Below are positions 50,489 to 62,764 of a DNA stretch of 64,000 nt, in pieces (the first letter of the stretch is position 1; each line of letters begins with the position of its first letter). The notes below the pieces were generated by a model, which was not told the DNA's origin, did no database searches, and worked only from the letters and a program-made list of their open reading frames with translations. Position numbers and translations under genes: made by a program. This DNA is from Stegostoma tigrinum. Lineage: Eukaryota. The DNA lies in the NCBI RefSeq assembly GCF_030684315.1, contig NC_081393.1:10489565-10553564 (forward strand), read 5' to 3'.

Positions 50489-52075
50489 TTGATTTGATTT
50501 GATTTGATTTGATTTATTAGTGTCACGTACCAAGGTACAGTGAAAAAATGGTACAGTTTTGCATGCAGTACAGGCAAATCATACCATTCAAAGTGCATAA
50601 AGGTGTTAGTACTGAGCGAGGAATACAATGTCGGCTGCAGAGAAGATGGACAAAGAGCGAGGGCAATATTACTTTTAAAATTTGAGAGGTTTATTCTTAA
50701 CAGTGGCGAAGAAGCTATTCTTCAATCTGTTGTTACATGTGTTAAAGCTTTTGTATCTTCTGCCTGACGGAAGAGGTTAGAAGAGATTATAACTGGGGTG
50801 GGAGGGGTCTTTGACAATGTTGGCTGCCTTCCTGGGGCAGTGAGAAGTGTAGGTGGAGTCAGTGGATGGCAGGTTGCTTTGCATGATGGACTGGGCTGAG
50901 TTCACAACTGCCTGTAGTATTTTTACTCTCATTGACAGAGCAGTTGCCATACTAAGCCCATGATGTTTCAGAAAGAATATTTTCTGTGGTGCCTGTATAA
51001 AAATTAATAGCAATCTTTACAGACATGCGAATTTCCTTAATCTCCTGAGGAAGTAGAGACATTGTTGTGCCTTCTTGACCATTGCATCAACATGGGAGGA
51101 CCAGGACAGATTATTTTTGACTGTCACTCCCACGAACTTGACATTCTTAACCATCTCCATCTCAACTCTATTGATATAGATAGGGGTGTGCCCTCCACCT
51201 TGTTTCCTGACCACCTGTTGATGGAAATATTGTTATTTTTACACCATGCCACCAAGCACTCTATCTCTTTCCTTTATTCTGTCTTGTCATCGTTTGAGAT
51301 CCAGCCTGCAATAGCCGTGTTTTCAGTGAACTTGTAGGTGGAGTTAGGCTGAAATTTGACCACACAGTCATGGGTGTACAGAATGTAAAACAAAAGGCTG
51401 TGTATACAGCCTTGTAAGGTGCCGGTGTTGAGGATTATCATGGAAGAGATGCTGTTGCCTATTCTCACTGATTTCGGTCTGTTGGCCAAGAAATTGAGGA
51501 TCCGGTTGCAGAGGGCACAGCAGAGATATCGGCCTCAGTGTTTGGAGATTGCTTTGATTGAAATTATGGTGTTGACTACAGCTTCACCTTCAATGAACAG
51601 GAGTCTGACACAGGTCCCTCATTATCCAGATGTTCCAGGGATGAGTGTTGGGCCAGGGAGATGGACCTGTTGCGACAATAGGCAAAATACAAGGGATCAA
51701 GCCAGGTTGGGAGGCTAGAGTTGATATGAGTCATGACTAACCATTCAAAGCACTTCATAATAATGGAGGTCATAGTCACTTCGAGGTAGTCATTGAAGCA
51801 AGCTTGACTTTTCTTTCATTCTGGGAGGATGGTGGTCTTCTTGAAGCAGGTGGGAACTTCATGAGAGGTTAAAGACGTCAATGAATACTCCCGCCAGCTG
51901 GTGCATGCAAGATCAGAATGCACAGCCATGGTCTCCATCTGGGCCAGTAGCTTTCCATGGGTTCACTCTCAAAAAGGTCAATCTGACGTCTGTAGTGGTG
52001 ACTGAAGAAACAGGTGCATCTGAGGTACGCAGTCCTCTACACACTTGTTCATGAATTCTGTAATAATATTGGCAC
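50489..52075 (-). mobile_element. Rex1/Babar-type LINE with (CAAAT)n tail; resumes at ~52855-52900 after a Penelope insertion
   Basis: Minus ORFs [59 protein letters not shown] and KKAQQCLYFLRRLRKF. Confidence 0.88.
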
Positions 52076-52853
52076 ACATAGTTTCACCTGCACATCTGCC
52101 AATGTGGTATACTGCATCCACTGTACCCGGTGTGGCTTCCTCTACATTGGGGAAACCAAGCGGAGGCTTGGGGACTGCTTTGTAGAACACCTCCGCTCGG
52201 TTAGCAATAAACAACTGCACCTTCCAGTCGCGAACCATTTCCACTCCCACTCCCATTCTTTAGATGACATGTCCATCATGGGCCTCCTGCAGTGCCACAA
52301 TGATGCCACCCGAAGGTTGCAGGAACAGCAACTCATATTCCGCTTGGGAACCCTGCAGCCCAATGGTATCAATGTGGACTTCACCAGCTTCAAAATCTCC
52401 CCTCCCCCCACTGCATCCCAAAACCAGCCCAGTTCGTCCCCTCCCCCCACTGCACCACACAACCAGCCCAGATCTTCCCCTCCACCCACTGCAACCCAAA
52501 ACCAGTCCAACCTGTCTCTGCCTGCCTAACCTGTTCTTCCTCTCACCCATCCCTTCCTCCCACCCCAAGCCGCACCTCCATCTCCTACCTACTAACCTCA
52601 TCCCACCTCCTTGACCTGTCCGTCTTCCCTGGACTGACCTATCCCCTCCCTACCTCCCCACCAATACTCTCCTCTCCATCTATCTTCTTTTCTCACCATC
52701 TTCGGTCCGCCTCCCCCTCTCTCCCTATTTATTCCAGAACCCTCACCTCATCCCCCTCTCTAATGAAGGGTCCAGGCCCGAAACGTCAGCTTTTGTGCTC
52801 CTGAGATGCTGCTGGGCCTGCTGTGTTTTTCCAGCCTTACATTTCATTACCTT
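52075..52853 (+). mobile_element. Penelope-like element 3' part with an uninterrupted GIY-YIG endonuclease frame
   Basis: FTCTSANVVYCIHCTRCGFLYIGETKRRLGDCFVEH...VANHF...EQQLIFRLGTLQPNGIN; pyrimidine-rich 3' region and hammerhead-like end. Confidence 0.93.
52400..52516 (+). repeat. Three ~39-bp C-rich tandem units inside the Penelope element
   Basis: Variants of cctcccccactgcatcccaaaaccagcccag repeated three times. Confidence 0.85.
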
Positions 52854-54059
52854 AGTTTGGTTGTTTGCTGTGTTCTTGAATATGGACCAGGCCACTGGTG
52901 TTGTGCAACAAGCAGATTCTTCTGAAAACTGAAATACAAGAGGCAAGATGTGTTCGGTGATGGCATCACACTAGAGTTGACTAAATGGGAAAGGTTTACT
53001 TGTTGAGTGTGGATATTTGTGGCATGAGATGTGGGGATAAGGGGAGCCATCTTAGGGTTTCAGAAGGGGGAGGAATTGACATGATACAGCACAAACACAG
53101 GAAGTGGATTTGACACCATCGAGGACCCTGTGACAGTAGAGACTGGTGTGGATTCCTCAGTCGAGGAAAATCGAAGACATGACACAAGAACTATTGAGGA
53201 AGATTATATAATCAGAACAGATCCAACAGGGGCAGAGAAACTGGAAAAATGCTGAAGAGCTTTACTGGAAGCAAGATGTGAGGAATAGTGTTTGAGCCCA
53301 TGATCTTTCCTCAGAGATGGAGACAGACAAGGAAAGGAAGGGAAGAGTCATTTTCCAATTTTACAGGGTCTTTTTCAGTCAAATGCTACCTCAAAGCCAA
53401 GCTGTCTCTCTCATTTCACCTCTGGAATTCAGTTCTGGTGACCCCTTCTGGTCCACGCTGAAATGAGATTGAGAGCCGAAAGATCATGATGGCAACCAAA
53501 GTGAGTGTTGGAGCAGGTTATTGGTGTTTACGTTCCAGTTGATTACAGTCTCATATTTGTAATCGTACCAGTGGTCGGACTCAGCTTCTCAGTCTCTTCT
53601 ACCGAATAATCTCCTTATGTGAGAAATTGCTGTCATTTCTTCAGGCCATTCACACAAAGACAATCTGATTGTAGTCGGTTAAATTCAATCCATCGTTATG
53701 CTACCACTTTGCATTATGGTGTAGCAGCCTCTCATGGTACACCATAAACCAGAATGCGCCAATTTATCAGACAGTTGGTCACATCTCATGAGAAATTCTG
53801 AATCAATCAATTTTAATCTGAAAACAGATCAAAGTGATTATGGTAAAAATATAATTTGATATTAGAGCAGCAAACAGGGAATGTTGGAATGCGGAAACTC
53901 CAAAGGTAATAAACAGTGATTTGAGCTCACAGAAAGAAGATATGACTGTTTTGCTGTTCTCTCTTCTGTAATATGCTAACCTAAGAGAGGGAGAATGATC
54001 TTAGCCATATTGCTAATTACATTGAATAATTTTCCAGCAAATGTAATTTGATATAAGGC

Positions 54060-55110
54060 TCGAACGAGCAAATGACCATCACAACACACTTTGAAACAGA
54101 CAGTGGGCAAGATTTACCAAACCCTGAAGTATTCGAGTGGAACTGGTGAACCAAACTTGAATCTGAGGAGGAACATCTTGTTCCTAAATGTACAAATTTA
54201 CTGATGACACCAAATGTAAGCTGTGAGGAGGGTGCAAGGAAGTTCAAGAGGACTTGGATTGGATAAGTGAATGGGCTAGAACATGGCTGTTGGACGTAAA
54301 TGGATAGTAGGCTTGTTTATGAGGAGAGATTAAGAAAACTGTATCAGTATTCTCTCGAGGTTTGAAGAATGATGTCTTTGAAATTTAAAAATTCAGGCTT
54401 GACACATTGGATGTTTCCCTTAGCTGGTGACTCTGTAACCAGGGGACTTAATCTCAAGATAAGGGAGATGCAGTTATTGACATTAACAGGGAATTTCCTC
54501 ACTCAGGTGATGATGAATCTTTGAAACTCTTTTCCCCATCAGGCTGTGGAAGCTCAATCATGGAGCATGATCAAGAGACAAATTGATTGGTTTCTGGAAA
54601 CTGCTACTCAGCGATATGCAATGTAGGAACATGAAGAGGCCATTCAGCCCCTCAGTCCCGTTCTGCCATTCATTGAGATCTTGGCTGATCTGTGGCCTAA
54701 CTCCGTATACGTGTCTTTGACCCATATTCCCCAATATCTTTCCCTCATAAAATGTATCCATCTCAGATTTAAAATAAACAATTGATCCAGCATCCGCTGC
54801 CATTTTTGGAAGAGAGTTCCGAACCTTGACCACCAATTGTGTAGAGAAATGCTTCCCAACAATTCTTCTGAATGGTTTGACCCTAATTTTTAGACTATGC
54901 CCCCTAGCCCTAGGATCCCCACCTAGCAGAAATAGTTTATTTTTATTTACCCTGTCTTTTCCTGCCAGTACATAGGATCACTTCAGCTTTCTGAATTCTG
55001 GAGATCACAGGCCTGATTTGCATAATCTGTCTTCATATCTTAATCCCTGATGTCCAAGTATAATTCTATGTGGTCCTCGCTCCAAGGTCAATACATCCTT
55101 ATATTGGAGA
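54060..55110. mobile_element. Two CR1 fragments meeting tail-to-tail (+ ~54060-54620; - ~54625-55110)
   Basis: aaatttactgatgacaccaaa (degenerate KFADDTK) on plus; minus ORF VKVRNSLPKMAADAGSIVYFKSEMD. Confidence 0.7.
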
Positions 55111-55231
55111 TAGTGTGGGAAATGGCATTGAAGTGAACATCTCTGGGATACAGAACAGGTTGGATGGATGGCTCAATGGTCAATTCTTGTTCCTATACTA
55201 TGATGTTCAGTCTATGTTACATATAACAGAT

Positions 55232-55548
55232 CATAGATCAGAGAATCCCTGCAGTGTCAAAACAGGTCCTTCGGCCCAACAAGTCCACACCGACTCTTGG
55301 AGCATCCCCTTTAACTCACCTAAGCTACACATCCCTGAACACTATGGGCAATTTAGCATGACCAATTCACCTAGCCTGCACATCTGTAGACTGTGGGAGG
55401 AACCCGGAGCAAACCCACACAGACTGTGCAGGGAGAATGTGCAGAGAGAATGTGCAAATTCCACACAGTCACCCGAGGGTGGAATTGAACCCAGTTCCCT
55501 GGCGCTGTTGAGGCAGCAGTGCTAACCACTGAGCCACCATACTGCCCC
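55232..55548 (-). mobile_element. HE1-like V-SINE
   Basis: Reverse-complement match to the other HE1-like copies. Confidence 0.88.
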
Positions 55549-55559
55549 AATATCTCGTA

Positions 55560-55870
55560 GACATGGGCAATGAACAAAGATAAGCTGAATCCAATGAGAT
55601 GTGGACAGAAAAGAAGTCTACACAGAGGAAAAAAAACTAATGAGGAAGTTCTGGAATTGGCTGGAAGAAAGACAAAATTAGGACCGAACATCCGTGAGAA
55701 GATTATTATATTTCAGTCACATCACTGGAGCAGACAGCGACCAGAAGAAAAGATGGACATAATGTGTCCAAGGAGCAGTTTGGCTTGCATGAAAAATGTT
55801 AGGGCGGTACAGGACAAGACAGAGAAGGAGATCCATGCAGTCAATCTTCTCAGAAGAGGGTGACACTCAT
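55560..55870 (+). mobile_element. RTE-clade LINE 3' remnant
   Basis: KKTNEEVLELAG..IR...AVQDK...NLLRR resembles the RTE ORF C-terminus. Confidence 0.55.
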
Positions 55871-56849
55871 GAACAGACACAGTGATGAAATTGGAGATCT
55901 GGGAAAGAACAGGTAGCCCTGTCAACATTGTTCCTCAATACAGTGCCAACACCAAAGGAGATTTCCAATGGTTAGCTCAGCTGTGGATCATCTTTTTATG
56001 AGTAGAGGTGGACAGCTAGTCTAAAATTTTTAAAAGTCCTATTGGAGGCAAGCAGACAGCCTGAGCAACCAGACTGTGCCTGTCTTGATCAACCCTCCAT
56101 TGGAGATGAAGGTTTCATGCTCCAAAGAGGGATCCGGATGGAGGAATTCCCAACCCAGAGTCCTCTCCATGCTCAGCTCTCCAGTTGGGGCTTCCAGTGC
56201 GTCAGGGCCAGCTGCACATGTATCCTGTCTGCAGCTGTCCCTGTGTGCGTGGGGAATCTTCCTAAAGACTGCTGAACAGGCCTTGCTGAAAGTACGTGCG
56301 GCCTTGGCACGCCTATTCAGTCAAGGTGCTGAAACCCACTTTAAAATTCTGCCCAGTGTTTCTCTCATCTCTCTAATTTTTTTCAACCTCTTTATGTTTC
56401 CATGTTTCAAGCATCTAAAATTATTTTCCTGTTTCCTTTTTCATCATCATATGCTCTCCATCACACAATATGATCATCAACATTTTCATGTTTTGCCAAC
56501 TATGTTTCAGTTATATGACTGATGAGACTGATGATCTCAGCCTCTTACCACTTCAAAAAGGTCATCAAAGCATTCACACTTAGTTTCTTTATCAAATCTT
56601 ATTTCTGTGCAATCCTTGGTCTCATTTGTTGCATTTACTTGTCCATTCAGTTCAGCTAGTTTAATCACCATTGTTTAGATATGTCAAAGGCCTCTGCATT
56701 GACTCAGTCTTCATACCATTCCTCTGTATAGCGCTTGAACTGTGTGGTGCTAGTCTCTTCAATTTGATTTTGTCCAAGCTGTATGTGCTTTCAGAGACAT
56801 CTCATGACCGAAGAGTATCGTGCAGTGTCCACAAAACTGGCAGTTCGTA

Positions 56850-57024
56850 TTATCTTCTCCTCTTTATCCATCTTCGATCCGCCTCCCCCTCTCTCCCTAT
56901 TTATTTCAGAACCTCTCTCCATCCCCCTTTTCTGATGAAGGGTCGAGGCCAGAAACATCAGCTCTTGTGCTCCTAAGATGCTGCTTGGCCAGCTGTGTTC
57001 ATCCAGCTTCACACTTTGTTATTA
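56850..57024 (+). mobile_element. Penelope terminal fragment (same family as 52680-52853)
   Basis: ccatcttcgatccgcctccccctctctccctatttatttcagaacc...ctgatgaagggtcgaggccagaaacatcagc. Confidence 0.88.
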
Positions 57025-57879
57025 TGGTAGTTCATATTGGTCGTGTTGGCAACTTTGGAACCTTATGCAGCTGTAACACTTCTGGCCTTCCTTTGGATAC
57101 TTGGATGTTGGATGCAGGAGTATTTAGAGGCGAATTTCCATGCTTGCCTCCTGGTGGCTCTGTTGACCATGGTGCAGACCCGGTTGTTCTGATTTTGTCC
57201 CACTGCTGAATTTTCACAATGGAATTGAATTGCGCACTTTCATGAATCTGTAATTTTAACATTATGCTACAATTAAAGATAGGTGACCAAAGGGAATCTG
57301 GTGGGAAATGTTGTCTCCATGCTATTTATGTGGTATCCTCCCTCCTATCTTTCTGGGATCCTACACATAGCACCTTCCAAGCTGGCTTCCAATTTACCTG
57401 GCAAGCTACAACACTTGCTTTCTAGATTTATAGCTTGAAAGCAGCTGTAAAAGCAGGTGTTAGAAACTTTACATTTCAGAACACTGCTGTCTACTAACAA
57501 GGGAGCACATTTCGCCTTCCTTTGACAGTTCTGCACTTTTAAAGAACCATCACAATGCATGTACAGGTTCTCATTTTTGAGGGAGCCCTGAGTGGAACCC
57601 CCGCTCAGAAATGCAGAGCTCCCTCATTTACGAAAAAACAGGAAGGGCCAGAGTGGTAATCTCTGAGATCTATTTGGTGGAGGTACACCAAAAATACCTT
57701 TTGAGATGGAGTTGCAGGACTCTGACCTAGTAGCACTGAGGGAGGAGACCGATAGGGTGGGAATTGGTTACAGTTGTCCTACTTCTTGTGTACAGGACAT
57801 ATTGAGTAATTTCACACATTGTTGGTTCGATGCCAGTGTTATAGCTGTAATGAAATAGTTTGGCTATGTGTACATCAAG

Positions 57880-58140
57880 TTCTGGCTTGCTAAGTCACTT
57901 CAGAGGACAGTCAAGACTCAAACATCTTACTATCTGTCTGCAGTCATATGTGGGACGGATCACGGAAATAGACAGGTTTACTTCCTGATGGGACGTCAGT
58001 GAACCAGATGTGTTTTTTCATCAATCGATTCACCATTGGGCTTTAAATTTCATCATGTTCCTGGTGGATTTTGAACCCAGCTCCCTAGAATATGACCTGG
58101 TCTCTGGGTTATTAGCCTAGAGGCAATAGCATTGTCTCCC
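57880..58140 (-). mobile_element. Degenerate tRNA-derived SINE (family of 62765-63112)
   Basis: ggacgtcagtgaaccagatg...ggattttgaacccag...ctgggttattagcctag. Confidence 0.65.
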
Positions 58141-58933
58141 TGTGAAGTGAAACGTATTGGATTTTTGAGGTCAAGGTAGACACAAACTAAACATTCTTTC
58201 TTTGATACAGAAACCACCTTTGTGCTCTGAATAGAAAGCAAAGTATTGAGATAAGTTTCAAACCATAGCACTGAAGTACCGTCACAATGACTTGTGTTCA
58301 ACGTGTTTAGACATACATGACATTTATTGCATTGCTACTTTAGTTTACTGCGCCTGTGGTGATTCAGTTATTACAGCACACATCTACTGTACTGCTTCAA
58401 TCATATGAGACTCCTGTTTTTCACATCGTAAATCTATCACCACAGTATCAAGCTAATTATATGGACATAAGGAACGGTTGTGCTGCAGGAGTCAAATTGT
58501 TGCCATCATGTAGAATCATTAATCAGCAGGAAGCTTTCAATAATCGCCTCTGCTGAACTGAAAGTCTGAAAAATTGATCACGCTGCAAGCATGTATCTTT
58601 GATTTACTGTCCTGTTCAGTGATAAATTACCAAATAACTTGTCAGCTCACATCACAACCAGATGTATGTCAAGAAGCTCATGTGTAAACATAGTTTGTTG
58701 CTAAGAATTAAATTCACAGATTTCCAGGAATGGCGTATAATGTAATCAACATCCATCTGGCAAAGGAAGAAGCAGGAGCCAATCAGCCTTCCTCACGGGT
58801 TTTTTTTCACAATATTTAGTGCAACACAAGAGCAGACTACTATTCCCTTCCACCGGCCACCTGAACCTCATGGAAACAGGTTCTTAAAAATTATTTTCAC
58901 AATCAGTCTGTTCAGATATGTTAAGACACACCT

Positions 58934-59233
58934 GTTAGCACTGCAGCCTGACAGTGCCAGGGACCCAGGTCCGATTCCAGCCTCGGGCGACTGTCTGTGT
59001 GGAGTTTGCACATTCTCCCCGTGTCTGTGTGGGTTTCCTCCGGGTGCTCCGGTTTCCTCCCACAGTCCAAAGATGTGCAGGCTCGGTGGATCGGCCAGGC
59101 TAAATTGCCCATAGTGTTCAGGGATGTGTGAATTATAGGGGAATGGATCTGGGTGGGATGCTTCAAGGGGTGGTGTGGACTTGTTGGACCGAAGGGCCTG
59201 TTTCCACACTGTGGGGAATCTAATCTAATCTAA
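58934..59233 (+). mobile_element. HE1-like V-SINE, well preserved
   Basis: Complete V-domain and (AATCT)n tail. Confidence 0.92.
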
Positions 59234-59784
59234 TTTAGAGCTTCACGCATAGATGCCCAGACGGTAAAGATAGACAACAAGTAGTTAAGACAATGCAACA
59301 TTAGCACAGTGTAATCCTTATTAATGAATAACAACTGAAGTTTTTAGTTTTATGTTATTTACTACTTGGGTTGGAGAGAGATTGGGAATCACAGAAATTC
59401 ACAAAGTGAAGACTTCTGTGGAAGTAATAAAATTACAGGGAAGGCAAAGCTGAGTTTTAGATAAAGATGTGATGGTGGTGTGCATCACCGAAGATTATAA
59501 TAAAAGAGACCATTCTATGTTAAGTAATTTTCCAGTCTGATTCACAAAGCTGCCTACTAATTTAAGAGCAAGGAAAACACCATTGCCCGTCTGACTTTGC
59601 CAACCTGGGCTGTGAACATTGTCACTGTGGGATCACAATAGCAACTATTAATTCAATGCCATCAAAAAAAGATTCTTGCAAAGTGCTGTGAGAAGGCACC
59701 TGTTCCAGCAAAGTGGAGATGAGAGTTCAGCAGATGACATAAATGAATCAAGCTCTAGTGACTCTGTTGCATCAAATAATGTGG

Positions 59785-60375
59785 CTGCTGGAAATCTGAA
59801 ATGAAGAACAGAAAGTTCTGGAGAATCTAAGCAGATCTGGCAGCATTACGGAGAAGGAAATATGGTTCACTTTTCATGCCCTGTGCAAATCTTAATTGGA
59901 ACTAAAGGGACTGTATTGGATTTTTTGACTGTTAGAAAGGGGGAAGAAGAGCAGATAGTGAGGGTTCCTAGAGCAAGAAATAAGGTGAGTGCGAATGGGA
60001 GTAGAGAGAGAGATACAAACAATCCTTATTCATGGTGTGTATTAACAAATTAAAATAGGTCAGCATTGCTGAGACAAACCCCATGCAAACAACACTTTGT
60101 GGGCAAGGGTGTGCAATTAAAATGAAGAACAGTGTTCAAGATCTGAAGTTGTTGAAGGCTGTAAGATGCCAAAGAGGAAAATGAGGTACCGCTCTTCTAT
60201 CTTGTGTTAGGATTTACTGAACACTGCAGCAGGCTAAGGATAAAAGTATTCAAATGGTGTATTAAAATGCCAAGTGAGGACATACTCATGGACAGAGTGG
60301 AGGTGATCCAGAAAGCAAGCACCCAGCCTGCATCTGGTCTCACTAGTGTAGTGGAGACTGCTTTGTCTATGGCAA
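59785..60375 (-). mobile_element. Degenerate Penelope-like remnant
   Basis: Reverse similarity to the GIY-YIG coding region and the terminal repeat. Confidence 0.5.
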
Positions 60376-60516
60376 GTCCAGCAGACAAGGTCTGTGTTTT
60401 GCATCACATGTTCAAATTAATGACTGTGCTATATGTGACACATTTTTGCAAAATCTTCAAATAATATGCTGTTGAACACCACGATAGATGGTCAATTGTA
60501 AGTGCTTTCAAACATG

Positions 60517-60935
60517 AAGACTTGCATTGAAATAGGACATTTCAAATCTTTTGGATACCATAAAACACTTTGCAGCCAATTCAATACTTTTTGAAGTGTT
60601 AGCACTATAGTAATCAATGAATGGCACAGTAAATTCCCACAAACAGGAATGTGATCATGACCAGATAGCGTGTTTTCTTGTTGTGTGACGCTGTTTGAGT
60701 GAGAAGTGTTGGCCAGGACACGAGAAAAATCCCTCCTGCTCTTTTCCAAAATAGTGCTATGCCAAGCTTCTTACCCATCATATAGAGTGGGAAGGCCTTG
60801 TTTTAGCATCTCAGCTGAAAAACAGCAACTTTAATGATGCAATGTACCCTTTTACTGTCATGAATTGTCAACATTTATTTTTGTCCTCAAGTCCTGCAGT
60901 GCAATGTAATCCCAGAATCTTAACTGAGCCACAGT
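60517..60935 (-). mobile_element. SacSINE1-like (Deu-domain) SINE
   Basis: Reverse strand reads gcactattttggaaaagagcaggaggg...gtgtcctggccaacac...ctggtcatgatcacattcctgtttgtggg...cttcaaaaagta..ttggctgcaaag...tgcaagtctt. Confidence 0.7.
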
Positions 60936-61276
60936 TTCACAGTTTCCAAATGTTAACTGGCAAGTATATTTGTCTTCCCTGGAACTGAAACAGTTAAGTG
61001 GAATGGATAGGGTCAGTTGAGAAAAACTGTCCAGGAGGAGCGGGCCATAGCACAAAAATTGAAGCTTTACCTCTCAGGTGTGAGTCCTGGAAACCCTTCT
61101 GTCTGCAAAGAATGACAGAAGACTTGAACTTTCTTCTGTGAGCAACAATTAATGTCAGATTAAATGAGAGTTTAAACCCTAAATTGATAGATTCTTGTTA
61201 ACCAAAGGTAGCAGCTGGGCAAATGTGGGCAGATTCTGGTTGCATATCAGGTATAAAGTCAATGATGGCAGAACAG

Positions 61277-61468
61277 AGATAGTAGGAACTGCCGATGCTG
61301 GAGAATATGAGATAACACAGTGTGAGGCTGGATGAACACAGCAGGCCAAGCAGCATCAGAGGAGCAGGAAAGCTTGATGTTTCAGGTCAGGACCCATCTT
61401 CAGAAATTTCTGCAGAAGGGTCCCGACCAAAACGTCACGCTTTCCTGCTCCTCTGAAGCTGCTTGGCC
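61277..61468. mobile_element. 192-bp palindromic non-autonomous element with two hammerhead-like motifs and a 14-bp TSD
   Basis: TGATGGCAGAACAG at 61263-61276 and 61469-61482; symmetry centre CAGAAATTTCTG at 61401-61412. Confidence 0.88.
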
Positions 61469-62178
61469 TGATGGCAGAACAGGCTTGAGAAGCTAAATGA
61501 CCTCCTGTTGTTTCTTGTTTTGCTGTGTCTGATAGATTTGCTGTGTGCTCCAAGAAATGTGAGCTATTTTCATGAGAATACAACATACCCTTCTCATTGA
61601 ATTGGTTTATACCAAGGTAGTGTGATCAAACATTATCACCGTATCGCAATGTCATGAGTAGATTTTGATCACATCTAGAATTTATTATTCTTGGCAAATT
61701 TCTATCGTTAATATTGCCCAGGATATAACCGTGAGATTCCACGCCAACTAAACGTGCTGCTGACAGTTTATCCGTACCATAACAGTACTTGCTCATCTCA
61801 GCATGTTTCTTGTCCATCTCTGTACTACAGTAGAAGTGATCATGCAGCATTACAAGTTATGCATATCGAATACATATGCAGCATTTCACTATGAGCTTCA
61901 CTTTGCACTTTCTAATGGAGAGAAAATAAATATTTGAAGAAAAATAGAGAACTGTGGAAAGAACAAGGTTCATTTTGGATAGCGTGAATGAAGAACCTGA
62001 AAAGATTCAGAAAATGCTGAAGAAATCCAGTAGTTCTGACAGCATCTGTGGAGAATCATCTTTGCCTTTGTTTCAGATTTCCAGCATCTTGGTTGTATAT
62101 TAGCCTGAATAGATTATTGGCTTCAAATTTCTCTGTTTTCACAAGGCCATAAGATATCTAGACTCCTACAGTTCTGAC

Positions 62179-62288
62179 TTCTTGCTGATCTCCAATTAAA
62201 ATTACTCTGCTATTCATGGACATTCCATGAATATGTCCATTCCATGTCCATGAATAGCAGAGTAATTTTAATTGGAGATCAGCAAGAA
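62179..62288. repeat. Perfect 45-bp inverted repeat with a 20-bp spacer
   Basis: 62179-62223 is the exact reverse complement of 62244-62288. Confidence 0.97.
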
Positions 62289-62289
62289 T

Positions 62290-62345
62290 GAATGAATTTG
62301 TGGTAAATATGGTTAATGGGCTGTGATCAAAAACTATACCATGTG
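62290..62345 (+). repeat. 56-bp exact direct copy of 63137-63192
   Basis: gaatgaatttgtggtaaatatggttaatgggctgtgatcaaaaactataccatgtg at both sites. Confidence 0.97.
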
Positions 62346-62384
62346 GACATAATCACTCTCTGCTGTGCGGGGAGACAATAAGGA

Positions 62385-62540
62385 GCTGCTCCTTAAAATC
62401 TATCCCTGACCAAGATTTTGGTCATCTGTCTTGATAGCTCTTGTGTACAGCTTGGTATTAATTTTACTTCTTGATTTGGTCTTGTACAATGCCTTGGGAC
62501 AGTTTTCTCCATAAAAGGTAATATAAAAATGCAAGTTGTT
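62385..62540 (+). mobile_element. L2-type LINE 3' remnant
   Basis: ctccttaaaatcta...gaccaagattttggtcatctgtc...gccttgggac...aaatgcaagttgtt. Confidence 0.6.
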
Positions 62541-62764
62541 CAAAATCTTGACTTATATATGAAGCACAAGCTCTTTCGTTCAGTTACATTCCCTGACCAT
62601 ATTGCCAACTTTTGGTGTGATCTGGAACTTTTATTTTAAAAGTAGATAAGGTGAGAGAGCCAGGGGCTTTAGAGAATAAAGGCAAAATGCTCAATGATTT
62701 TGAGCAAACAACAATACACTTCACTGTGCAACAATAGTAATATAATCTACAATAAAATAGTAGG

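Noticed and set aside
56076-56522. 148-aa ORF
   Set aside because: No domain similarity; it runs from a probable repeat into T-rich low-complexity sequence.
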